The position numbers were made by a program, and so were the translations under genes. 64,000 nt of DNA, taken from assembly GCA_043228905.1 (NCBI GenBank), contig JBHGNT010000010.1, positions 11,346,001 to 11,410,000 of the forward strand, given 5' to 3'. This DNA is from Azolla caroliniana. Its lineage: Eukaryota > Plantae > Polypodiophyta. Shown in pieces: positions 51,291-62,600 of this stretch (position 1 is its first letter; every line of letters begins with the position of its first letter). The notes under the pieces were generated by a model. It searched no databases, was not told where the DNA came from, and worked only from the letters and a program-made list of their open reading frames with translations.

Positions 51291-51338
51291 TGTGAAGAAA
51301 TGAAAGAAGGTTTCCTTAGAGAGAAAACCCTTCTCTTT

Positions 51339-51374
<36 letters not shown>

Positions 51375-51446
51375 CCTCTTCCCGTGTCTCTATGCCATCT
51401 AAATTTTTAGAAGTCAAGAACTGCATCGAGATTCCTTTCTAGCATC

Positions 51447-52122
51447 ATGGAAGATGAGCATGAAGTCTATGGTGGAGATATGCTTGAAGATGTTGAAGGA
51501 GATTTAGAGACCAACCTTGAAGGAAATCCATATGGAAGGGATGTTAAGGAAGAAGATAGCGTTGGTGATGATGTGTCTTCTAAGGAACTAGAGGATATGA
51601 AGAGGCGCCTGAAAGAAATGGAAGAGGAGGCAATTGCCTTGAGGGACAAGCAAGAAAAAGTAGAGAAAGAGATGGGTATGGTACAAGACCCAACCTCTAC
51701 CACAACTCAGCAACAAAACAAGGAAGAAGTTGATGCGCACTCAATTTATGTTGATAATGTTGATTACTTGTGCACACTTGAGGAGGTACAAGAACACTTC
51801 CAATCTTGTGGTACTGTAAATCGTGTGACAATTTTGACTATATATATATATAAATTCAGACAACCTAAAGGGATGCATATGTAGAATTTCTAGGGTTAGA
51901 CGCTATCCAAAATGTCGTTCTGCTGAATGAGTCAAAACTTCATGGTCGTCCCCTAAAGGTATCAGCTAAGAGGAAAAATATCCCTGGTATGAAACAATAT
52001 CAAGGGCATGCTTTAAATCCTTACGGCTATCGGTTGCAAAGCCCTTTATGCCATCCTATGCATATAGTTATGGGAGGATGCCAAGGTTCTGGAGGCCCAT
52101 CCGATATAGACCCTATCTTTGA
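51447..52122 (+). pseudogene. PABN: Nuclear poly(A)-binding protein (PABN/PABPN1) processed pseudogene
   Basis: [16 protein letters not shown] coiled coil; [33 protein letters not shown](Y)[25 protein letters not shown]; RYRPY end. Intronless CDS with a (TA)n insertion at ~51839 and a frameshift at ~51872. Confidence 0.9.
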
Positions 52123-53220
52123 TCAAATCGTTTTTGTGCTTGTTTTTTATCATTTCGATGACAACAAAGGTTGTGCATACAAGGATACAAGGCATATGTG
52201 TCATACCAATACTAGATCATGGAGATAATTTCTCACCATGTTTCCGTTTTAGTGAGGTGACTTTCTTCATTGCAAGGAGAAGGAAATGGATGTACCTTTC
52301 GATTTTCGCAAGAGCATGACATTCTTAACAGATTGTCTCATGGTTAGCCTCTATATTTTTTATTATCATGGGCATGATAAGGAGTTACTGTAATTTTCTT
52401 GCATAGTTTTTCATTTTGTAGTGAATGAAAAATAATATGTATGTTAGTTTCCTAAATTGATCCAAGTATCAATATCCACATGTGTAGCTTCTATATATTT
52501 GTTTTTCTTTGTAGTACCATTCTTTTGTCTTGACCTTTTTCACATTTGTGAGAGTTAGCCACTAACAATGTTTGAACTAAAATGTTACAACTCACTAAAT
52601 GGGTTTAATAGTATCGGTGATTGTTTTGGACTGATAGAACAATGCTTCTATTATCAAGGGGGGAGGTTTTTGTTAATTGAACTCAAATGGTCTCATGTGG
52701 AGAGGATGCTTTGACATATATTATCTAGGACAATATAATAATTAGTGGACTCTCTATGTGCATATGCACATGGGGTGTCTTAAATCCCATATCGTTGCAT
52801 CATACATAAGGGTAGGGGAGGAAGTGTGCCAAAGTTCAAGGATAGCCAAAGTTGCATATCCTTAAGTGAGTCAATCCATGGTGGTGTGTTCATAGAGAAA
52901 GTTGGCCCCTAGATATAGACAAGAACCCACTACTTCAACATGCCCTCTTGGTAAGTTGAAGACAACGTATTAGAAAGTCAATGTGGATGCATGGAACATG
53001 GCTTTAGTATTTTCAAGGTTTGCTTCATATAATGTCCTCTATTTATGTTGCTACCTCATCTTGAGCTAAAAAATATCTTGTATGTGCAAAAAATAAAAAA
53101 TTAGCATGTTCCGGTTGACATTGTCACTAGTAGGAAAGTAGCCGATTAAATTTTTTAATTTCCGGTTAGGATCATAAGAAGCAGGAAAATTTCCGGTAGG
53201 GGTTATAATCTTTGCCTAAC

Positions 53221-53832
53221 ACTCACCATGAGCAGTCCTCATTGGGAACTAGAACACCAAGGGGCATGAGTGACCATGTGTGGTCTTCACTGGGAACTGG
53301 AACATCAAAGGGCGTGAGCGACCATGTGCGGTCCTCACCGGAGACACGAACACCAACGGACGTGAGCGACCCTGTGCAGTCCTCACAAGGAACTGGGACA
53401 CCAACGGGTGTCAACAACAATGTGCGGTCCTCATCGAAGACATGAACACCAACGGACGTGAGAGATCATGTGTGGTTCTCACCGGAGACACGAACACCAA
53501 CGGGCATGAGCGACCCTATGCAGTCCTCACCAGGGACTGGGACACCAACGAGCGTGAGCGAGCATGTGCGGTCCTCACCATAGACACAAACACCAATGGA
53601 CATGAACGACCATGTGCGGTCCTCACCGTAGACACGAACATCAACGGACGTGAACGACCATGTGCGGTCCTCACCGGGGACTGGAACACCAACGAGCGTG
53701 AGCGACCCTGTGTGGTCCTCATTGGAGACACAAACACCAACAAACGTGAGCGACCTTGTGTGGTCCTCGTCGGAGACACGAACACCAACAGATGTGAGCG
53801 ACCCTACACGGTCCTCACCGGGAACTAGAACA
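53221..53832. repeat. 48-bp minisatellite, ~12.5 copies
   Basis: Consensus GAACACCAACGGACGTGAGCGACCATGTGCGGTCCTCACCGGAGACAC; seen as a 16-aa repeat in ORF 53280-53828. Confidence 0.93.
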
Positions 53833-54600
53833 CTTGACGACGATGAAGGCTAGGCAAAGTAGTGTTGATAAAGACAACAAGAGGGCTGAAGATGATGATG
53901 TCGAAGACGAAGCAATGAAGGCAATGATGTTGATGAAGCAACGTCTTTGGAAGCAACGACTTTGACTATGGCAATGATGGAAACAAAGAAAAAGATGAAG
54001 AGGATAATAAACATAGAGATCGAGACGTTGAGAATCTGAAGAAACATAAAGACACGGATACAGAGGATGATAGAAAACACAGAGACAAGGATGAAGGTTA
54101 TAAGAAATGCAAAGAAAGGGACGAAGATAATAAGAAACACATAGATAGAGATGAAAATGGTTGGAAACACAAGTAGAAGGATGACAATGACAAAAAATGC
54201 AAAGATATGGATGTGGAAGATGATAAGAAGCACAAAGATAGGGATGATGATGATGATAAGAAACACAGAGATAGATATGTGAAGGATCAGAAGAAACTAA
54301 AAGACAGAGACAATGATGAGAAGAAACTAAAAGATAAAGACAACGATGAGAAGAAACTAGGAGATAGAGATGTGGAGGATGAGAAGAATCTAAAAGGCAG
54401 AGACGATGATGAGAAGAAACGAAGAGATAGAGATGTGGAGGATGAGAAGAATCTAAAAGACACATACGATGATGGGAAGAAACTAAGAGATAGAGATGGC
54501 GAGGAAGATACAAAACAAAGGAATGTCGATGACGGTAACTCTAGAAGCAAGGACGGTGAGGATAGTTACTCTAGAAGCATGGGTGATGGTTCCAGTTTGA
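53833..54600 (+). repeat. Purine-rich degenerate ~30-bp repeats (Asp/Glu/Lys/Arg-encoding on +)
   Basis: GATGAGAAGAA(A/T)CTAAAAGA.AGAGA units; ORF 54207-54635 carries DDEKKLKDRD repeats. Confidence 0.7.
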
Positions 54601-54612
54601 AGGGATTCAAAC

Positions 54613-54848
54613 TGTCACAGACACACCAACCGTAGACTACGACAAACCACAAATGACAAGGCTACAACCGATAAGGTTCCGAACGTGGAACTCGACGTGA
54701 TGAGGCTAGAAACTCAAGAAGTTTGACGAGATGAGGAACTTAAGACAATAGGAACAATACAAGAGCATAAAGACAAAGATGTAAATCAAGGAGAGAAGAT
54801 GGGGCTAAACAAGAATACTTGATTGATGTGTCAATTACTGGCGTTGAA
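54613..54848 (-). repeat. Partial LTR homologous to 50108-~50350
   Basis: TGTCACAGAC..ACCAACCGTAGACTAC...GATTGATGTGTCAAT near-identical block. Confidence 0.85.
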
Positions 54849-55535
54849 AGTAGCTATTTATCTATAACTATTGAGTGATGCAGATAATTAACTATGAATA
54901 AAAGTTGATGTAGTGTTGTGACTAGTTATAGTTACGAAGTACCTAGCTTTTGATACTAACTTATGTAACTTATAGGTAATGAGCAATATATTTATTATTA
55001 GCTTTCAGTAGCTAATTAACTATGACTACTAACTGATGTAGTTAATTATCAATGTTGTATTTTCTTATTAGCTATTGGTAGCTAATTAGTTGTAACTAAA
55101 TGTTAATGGTGGAATTAGCTTCTAGTTATCAATTGTTAATTAGTTGTTGCTACTAACACGTTCGCGTTCACAAGTGGAAGGGTTGCGCATTCCACTTGTA
55201 GAATCTTCTTGAAACTATCCAAATATACCCTCTCTACAAAAATTGGATGCACTAGTATCACGTGTTCCACAACTTGATTAGAGTTTGCAAATATAAAAAT
55301 ACATGATATGTCTCAGAGTGGAGATCATTAGAAATTCAAATAAGTTTAGATGTGTTGATAAGTTAATGTAGGCATAATAAAGTTCAACAATGGCTCAATA
55401 TCTCACTAATTTGCGACATGGCAAACACTAAGTTAAAGACTTATATTATTTTGGTAAGTTTTACAAAAATATGAGGTGTACTTGTATCCATACTAATAAA
55501 ATGAGTTATAATTTATACTTTGACCCATACGTGCA

Positions 55536-55811
55536 TGTATATAATTGTGGACAATGTAGGATAGTGCACTTTAGGATAATGTGATTGGAATAACTAACTT
55601 ATTAAAGTATTCAATACTTGTATTTAAAGTTGATCTAATCTATTCCTCAGTTTGTTTGTATGGGATCAAACCATATGTATATAATTGTGGACAATGTAAG
55701 ACAGTGAACTTTAGGATAATGTGGTGGAAATAACAAACCTATTAAGGCTTTTATACCTGTATTTAAAATTGATCTACTCTATTGCTTAGGTGATTCACAC
55801 AGGATCAAACT
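55536..55811. repeat. Diverged 140-bp tandem duplication
   Basis: TGTATATAATTGTGGACAATGTA..CTTTAGGATAATGTG..GGATCAAAC at 55536 and 55676. Confidence 0.8.
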
Positions 55812-56242
55812 TCGAACGATAACGCAAGTGGAACTACAAGCGTATAAAAACATGCGGATAACGCTAGTGAAACCATTATCAACACACTACACAATCTAAG
55901 CGACAATGGAATAGAAACATAATAGTTTTAACAATAGAAGACAAAGATCCATAATAACAACATGGACAGTCATGGCAACAATTGTACGACCATGTTATGT
56001 TAAGGTTAGCTTGGACCAAAATTAGCCTCAATTTAAACTAATTCATGTTTCTCCATAAATTTGGTAGTCAGTTATGCACGCAGTGAAACCAAGGCCATAA
56101 GTCTACTAACCAAGTATATAAAAATAAAATTGAAACATATAGAAGATTATAAAGAATAGAATCCACCAAGTAAAACCCAAAATTTGTATTAATAATGTGA
56201 AATCCAAACAAATTGTCAATGTCATTTTCTTCATAGAGTCTA

Positions 56243-57522
56243 TTACATAGCAATCAATTCATCAATGTCATTTTCTTCATCATCTTGTGTAGAAATCTCT
56301 TCGGCTATAAGTACATTGGCTTCCCCTGTTACCCGAGCCAACGAAATATCTTCTATAAGCTCATCATCAAGCTCTATTAGTTCCCCGAGTTCCCCGGCTA
56401 ACGGAGGAATAGGCTCTCGCAAAGCAGGTTGAAACCTTTCTATATCAGCGAGGTTCTTTGCACCGACCTCCTCATCCTGGTCTGGGCACTCTCACAAAGC
56501 CTTAATCCTCATATTTATAAATATAACGTGCTCCTCGTCCTTCTCCAATGCAACTGTGTTTCTAAAGAGCTTCAATGCACATGCAGACGTCGTTCCTGTG
56601 AAGAAAGTAACAAAAAGAATTAGTTGTCAAACAAAAAAGATTCGGTATTGGTTATCTCAAGATTGTTACCCTAGTTCGAGGAATACCTGTGCCAAAAAAG
56701 AGATCTAATATCCAGTCTCCGTCGATAGAAAACATCTCGATCAAGCGCATCATAAGTGGTTGAGGTTTTTGGTATGGGTTGACAAGTCCCCGTTCTGTCG
56801 TGGTGACATGTCGAAATTTCCGTGTCACTACTGGATATACCAGCAGATTTGAACCTCCCACTTCATTAGAATGCTCCTTGATTCTTTGTTTCTTAATTTC
56901 ATCGAAGTAGCCAACCATGATGTATTCAATGGCATTAACGAACCGAAAGGTTGGCCCTCTATTTACATTGGTTTTTATCCTATAAAAAATAATACATTGA
57001 GCTAAGAATAGATTGAAATGCAATATAGTGAATGAGACCTATAAATAATCCTTACCATGCAAGGTTCTCGATGCCATGGCAATGAGATCTCAAAGCTTGA
57101 GCTACCGAGTACCCTTGGTCCATACTATGAAAGACAACTATTCGCCACAAGGATGCAATCGTTAGCTCAACGAAATCCTTGACTATCTTCTCCAACTGTT
57201 TAAACCTAAACGGTTCATCGTTGTATGATGACCCAGCCATTCGAAATCCGTAAGGAATATCCGTAATCATTAGCGTATATTCCTTCTTTAGCACTTTTTG
57301 GATCAAATCAACGACATCGCCGCAAACCACATTGTAGTAAAGATCTCTGGTAATATCTTTTTTGTGGCTAAATTTTTTAAAGGAGCCATCTTCCTTCATT
57401 TCGTACGCCTTGACTAAGCGACGATCCTTTTCTTTTCTAGCTCGCTCGAGATGTGCAAGGAAGGATGTCGGGAAATCGTGTATATCCTTAACTTCTCCTT
57501 GTTTCTTGCCACAACACGGTTT
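56243..57522 (-). CDS. Spliced beta-class N6-adenine/N4-cytosine DNA methyltransferase (N6_N4_Mtase-like); exons 57522-57056, 56979-56687 and 56595-56492 (56243 if the TGA is a CGA decay); 5' exons outside the window
   Basis: Spliced product ...VVCGDVVDLIQKV..YTLMITDIPYG...ENLAW^IKTN...NPYQKPQPLMMRLIEMFSIDGDWILDLFFGTG^TTSACALKLFRNTVALEKDEEHVIFINMRI. Catalytic motif IV (DIPY) precedes SAM motif I (FxGxG). Two GT-AG introns (76 and 91 bp) have matching phases. Confidence 0.88.
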
Positions 57523-57547
57523 CTAATAGAAGCAATAGGACATCAAG

Positions 57548-59605
57548 TGTTGTCTGTCTGGCCGGACTAGCCTCAACACAGGTGTCTATCCGACACTTCT
57601 TCAAAGGGGTGGTAAGGATTGGATGCTAGGTTACACGCGTAAGATGATTACAATTAAGCACAGACGGTAAACAATACGAGATACAGATAAACACGCAATA
57701 ATTACTATTGTATTACTTCCGTCCCCCTTTTACAAATCATCGGATCCTTTTATAGGCATCCGGCAAGGTTACAATCGGTGCGCTTAGGCAACCGACATCC
57801 GAATCGGTTCGGATCCGGATTGGTACAACTGTACCGAATCCGTCCCTCCGAATAATAATTCTACTATTATTTACTTCCTATTATCCGATCTGATTCCGCC
57901 TTCCCACTTGTCCTTGCTCTTCTGACCGGCCAACACATGGCACGCCCGTGGGAAAGTGCCTTGCACTTCGAATCCACTCCCAGCCTCAGTCTTCCTCCAA
58001 AATATCGAGCACACTCTGCTCGATGGTGTCAAGTGGTGCTTCTTCCTCCTGTTCCTGTTCCTTGCCTGCCTGGTCTCCGACCTCCGGTTGGGTGGGTTGT
58101 TCCGTAAAAATTTGCTGCTCCGGCTCTGCTTGATTCTGTGGTGCCGGTGCTTCCTCACCGCTTCGTCTGGGTTCTTCCTGTTCTCCCTCCGTTCCTGGCT
58201 CTGTTCTGTTACCAGTGTCGCTTTCTCCGGTCTCGACTGGTCGACTCGATATGCCTCCTTCCTCTGCTCTGGTGTCTTCCGGTCTCAGCTCTTCTTCTTC
58301 TCCGGCATCAGTCCGCTCCTGCTCTTCTTCAAGTTCGTCTTCGGGTATTCCTCATCGGGGTTGTTCGGTGTCGGTTGGTTCATCTTCAGCCGGTCGCGTT
58401 ACCTCACCAATAGTGGTTGGCGTCGTTCTTCCCTTAGCTTCCTGTCGTAACCGGTCCTGCTCGTATCTCTCCAACTCCAACTGAGTTGCGAGCTGCCCGT
58501 CATCCAACCTCTCTACCAACCCTCGGATTTCTTTGAGATGTTCTTCCGCTAAAGTGTAGAAATCTTCCGACAATTCTTCCCGAATGGCGACGATACTTTC
58601 CTCATCCATCTTGTAGAACTTGTCACCGGTCTTCCTCCGATTCTCGGCATCCGCTCGGAGTGTCTGCAGCTCGGCTGCCTGTTGTGACCACTCCTTCCAT
58701 AGCTTTTCCGTACTTTCATTGATGCTTGCCTGAGCTCGGGTACTCCATCCTGACATGATGAGCTTGATCCGGTCAACCCCTGCCTTAGCATGCGCATAAG
58801 CTTCCTGCTTTTCCTTCCTTGCCCGTTTTATAATGTCGGCCATTATCTAAGCCTGGGCCTCGTAATCTGCTTTCTGCTTTTCATAGGTACTCTGCAGTTT
58901 GCTGATCATGAAGGTCGATTTTTCCTTTTCTTCATTCCTGATCTTGGTCAGGTCCAGCTTTTCCCGCCTTAGCGCCTCTAATTCCTTCCTTCTCTCCGTT
59001 GCTTGGGCTATTTCTGCCGACAATGCTTCCTTGTTGGCACTGACCTCATCCATCGCCTTAGCCAGGTCTAATCGGGTCTCTTTGAGCTGCTCTTTCAGCT
59101 TCTCTATTTTCCGGTCGTAGTCTGCTGCCCGTTTTTTGTTGTCCGACTCGGCCTGCTTGTGATCTCGGTAGAGACGGTCGAAGTCCTCCGTCTTCTGCTT
59201 CAGGCGTCGGGTTGCCTGAGCTCTTAACCGATCGTCCCGGTCCTTCTGTTGTCGGAGTTCTTCCTGCAGTCGTTCTATCTCTTGCTCGGCATGTCGACGT
59301 AGTCGGTCCTTCTCCTTCTGCAGCTTCTCTTTTTCTTCTTGCAGTCGGTCATTAGCGGCTCGACCTTTCCGGAGGCCTTCTTCCATTTTTCGTCTGTCGT
59401 CCTCCACCGCTTTCCACTGCTCCCTTTCTCTTTCCCTTAATGCCTCCTGAGCTTTTAACTCCTCTCGTAAGGTTTCTATTATTTTTTCGTTCTCAGGGCC
59501 AGTTTGTAAGGCTACCGGTTCCGGTTCCGGTTCTGGTTGCTTCCTTGTTGTCCCGACCGGCTTGGTGACAGCTTGTGCTTGTTGAATTCCTTCCCTTGCC
59601 TGCAA
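57548..59605 (-). mobile_element. Gypsy element H (C-related): 3' LTR and ORF3, interrupted by G
   Basis: 3' LTR 57548-57935 (TGTTGGCCGG...ACAACA on minus) preceded by TCCCACGGGCGTGCCATG as in C; coiled-coil ORF pieces 58847-59605 and 58352-58843 and C-terminus APLDTIEQSVLDILEED* at 57986. Confidence 0.9.
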
Positions 59606-62600
59606 TGTTACCGGCCGGCAAGGAGTCCAAAATACGGAGTGAAGGAATTAATTAAGTATGGTTGTAAATAAGCATAGTGTGGACGGACGGACTGGAAACG
59701 GTATGCCGTTCCAGATCCGGACGGATCCCGAATAGGTGTGATAGGCACCGTTTTGTACTACGGGCCGGAAACCTATTTAAAGGCCCGGACCCCATTGTAA
59801 TCGCAGCGGATAATTAATAGAGCGTATGGTGTTTATACTTCTGTGTTGATTTCCGTTCTGTAATTACTGTTATATCTTACGCGTGTAATTAACAAAAGCG
59901 CTCTAATCGTGTAACCTACTTAAGTCGGTGTAATCGTTGAGTCATAATCCTATGCCATAATCACCCTTTGGTGAAGTGTCTCCATGACACCTTGTGTTAG
60001 GCCTTGTCCGGTCAGAGAACAACACAGTTTTGGCGACCACGATTCCTGCTTTCTCGCAGCGAACGACGGCTTAATGGATGACTAGACCAACGCACGACCT
60101 GGTTACAGACCGAGCTCGACGCCTCGCCGAACGGCAAAGATGGCGTGAGACTTTCCAGCAAGCAGCGCACGAAATTCGCTCGGATCGTTCGTTCTCCAAC
60201 GAGATCCGGAGAGTCGCGGAGGAATCTCTTCGGTTACAGCAAACTCGCGACCAGGACGACGGAAGCGGTCTAAGTAGTCTCCGGGAAACCGAACGCCTCC
60301 TCGAGGCGCTGGCAACCGGAGAAAACGAGGCAGAAGCCTTTTCAGCCTACGAATCGGATTCCGAAGGGGGATACAGCGTGCACACGAACTACCGGAGCAG
60401 CAACGATACCCCCGGCGGCCCGAAGGACGACGGGTCGGATACCGTGCCGACTCCAGAACCGGAACCGTTCGACCAGGGCTATCTGGAACCGCAAACGGAA
60501 GCCGTCAACCCACCAACACCGGAAGTGGAAGAAGCAAAGCCACCGACACCAACGAAAGAGCCGGTGAAGGAACCGGAAAAAGAACCGGAAGTGGAACAGG
60601 AGAGAAAACCGGAAAGATATCGACAAACGCCACTAAACCGCGGCCTAATACTGGACGACGACATGCCGTTCCAATACTCAAAGTATCGCGATGATCCGGA
60701 CGCGGAAGCGCATGTTCATGCCTTCGAGCAGACATGGGAAGCAAATCACGCGTCCCAGCGATTGACACCGGAGGAAGAAGAACGCTCGAAGATAGCGGAA
60801 TTCGGGGTCACGTTGGAAGGACCAGCGGCACGATGGCGGCGGACGCAGGACCCGGCAACCATCACAACCTTTGCAGAATTAAAAGCAAAATTCTTGCATT
60901 TTTTCCACAAGGAGGTCGACCAGACGACGATGGTGGGCCTGTTTTATACGATCCGACAGGAGGCAGGGGAAAGCATTCCCCAATTCGTCATCCGTTTCCA
61001 ACGAATACATAGCCAGCTTACCCGTGCACCCCCGGAGGAGGAATTACGGACGATATTTTTAAACGCACTCCGGGAACCGTTACGCACGGTGTGTACCGTG
61101 ATCGACTTTCGAGGAAGCACCATTGACCAGGTCATTGACCGGGTCAGAGAAATGGAAAAGTCAAGCTCATGGCTTACACTGGGAGCACTGCAACGGGCGT
61201 TACCCACAGATGAAGATCTCCGGTTCCGGCAGGCAATTCAATGCACAATCTGCTTGAATGCCGGACACTCGGCAGTGGAGTGCACCATGCGAACCCAGTG
61301 TGTGATTTGTCAATCCAAGAGTCATACAACGGACCGGTGCGAGTATAACCTGCTAAACCGACAAGCACCACCCGTTCGACGGATCGAGCCAAGAAGCAGC
61401 CGAGACGAAGATGAAGATCATTGGCAAAGAATGAACCAGTACCGACCGGCACAGGATGTCCGGTACGGAGACAGACAAGAGAATGATGGCCGGTACGGGG
61501 ATCGGCATGATAACTACGACCGGTATGAGCGATCGGACCGTTATCGGGAGTCCAACAGACGACACGAGCAATACGACAGAGACCATTCCCCTGGTTACCG
61601 AAGGCACCAGGAGGACTACGGCCGATTTTACGATCCACCACGACAGGACTACCGAAATAAAAATAAGAATAATAAGAAACGTAATTTCAAGAAAGGTGGT
61701 CACACTAGGGACCCGGAACATGGAACCCCAAGGAGCCAACCGGCACAGAACGCACCACTCACTACGGGACCGACTCCGGCTACCAGCAATGCTGAATCTA
61801 GCAATACCCGTAAAGAGTACTGCTACTACTGCAGGCAGGAAGGCCACTACAGTAACCAGTGCCCGGCAAAGAGCTACGATAAACGACCAGCAGTTAATAT
61901 GGTGGTTTCGGAAGTGGCGGATGTACAGCAAGTAACCACACGGTCGAAAGGCATGGCCAAAGAGTGGGAAACACAAGAGGCCATACGAAAACAGGCGACG
62001 GAATGGGTGAAGGAAGCCAATGAAAGGAACGTCGCGGACGCGGAACGGCAAAAGGCGAATACCATAGGGAGTGCCGGCGGTAGCCACGCAGAAAACGAGA
62101 CATGGCAAGTACTGCAAGAATGTCAGATCACGTTGCCATTAGGAAGACTCTTGCAGCTCGTGCCGCGATTTACGGAAGGACTAAAAACGGTCATGACAGA
62201 CGGTATAGCCCCACCGGCACCAGTCCTCTTCTCGAATCCGGAGGAGGGACCGACGGTGGTGGACACTAGTAGTCCGGTGATTACAACTATTGTCAAAGGG
62301 CACGAACTTCCCGGCACAGTAATCGATGGAGGTTCCGGGGTGAACGTAATAAGCCTCCGCACGTGTGATGCCTTGGGTATACATGAATGGGAGCCATGTC
62401 CGTTCTGGCTACGGATGGCGGATACGAGCTCTGTACGGCCGACGGGCTTAATACGGAAATTGGAAGTCACCATAGGAGGTCACACATTTCACATCTCGGC
62501 TGTAGTGCTGCAGCTACAGGCGCAAGGCGCGTACCCACTGTTGCTGGGCAGACCATGGTTGAAAATAGCACACATCAAGCAAAATTGGCGGAAAAATATG

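Larger units (their letters stand above)
53125..57547. mobile_element. Putative CACTA/EnSpm DNA transposon (one terminus; continues beyond nested Gypsy elements)
   Basis: Terminus CACTAGTAGGAAAG at 53125 followed by TTCCGGT repeats and a tandem array; predicted 3-bp TSD TGT. No transposase or second TIR within the window. Confidence 0.55.

Noticed and set aside
53221-53832. CRISPR array
   Set aside because: Units are contiguous degenerate repeats without unique spacers; eukaryotic context and no cas genes.
53815-54513. His/Leu/Cys-rich 232-aa ORF and hydrophobic overlapping ORF on the minus strand
   Set aside because: Antisense readout of purine-rich repeats; no domain.
50108-54848. Single LTR element bounded by 50108 and 54848 capturing PABN
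   Set aside because: The second copy is a half LTR with no adjacent PBS and no TSD, and it lies inside the CACTA candidate.
55885-55900. Second CACTA terminus (CACTACACAA)
   Set aside because: Same orientation as 53125, no TIR similarity beyond 5 bp and no subterminal repeats.
56243-57522. Bacterial contamination or a restriction-modification operon
   Set aside because: Spliceosomal introns with correct phases and a plant Gypsy inserted in an intron; no endonuclease partner seen.
56243-59605. MTase as part of a DIRS element or of Gypsy H
   Set aside because: The gene lies outside H's 3' LTR and has introns; no tyrosine recombinase nearby.
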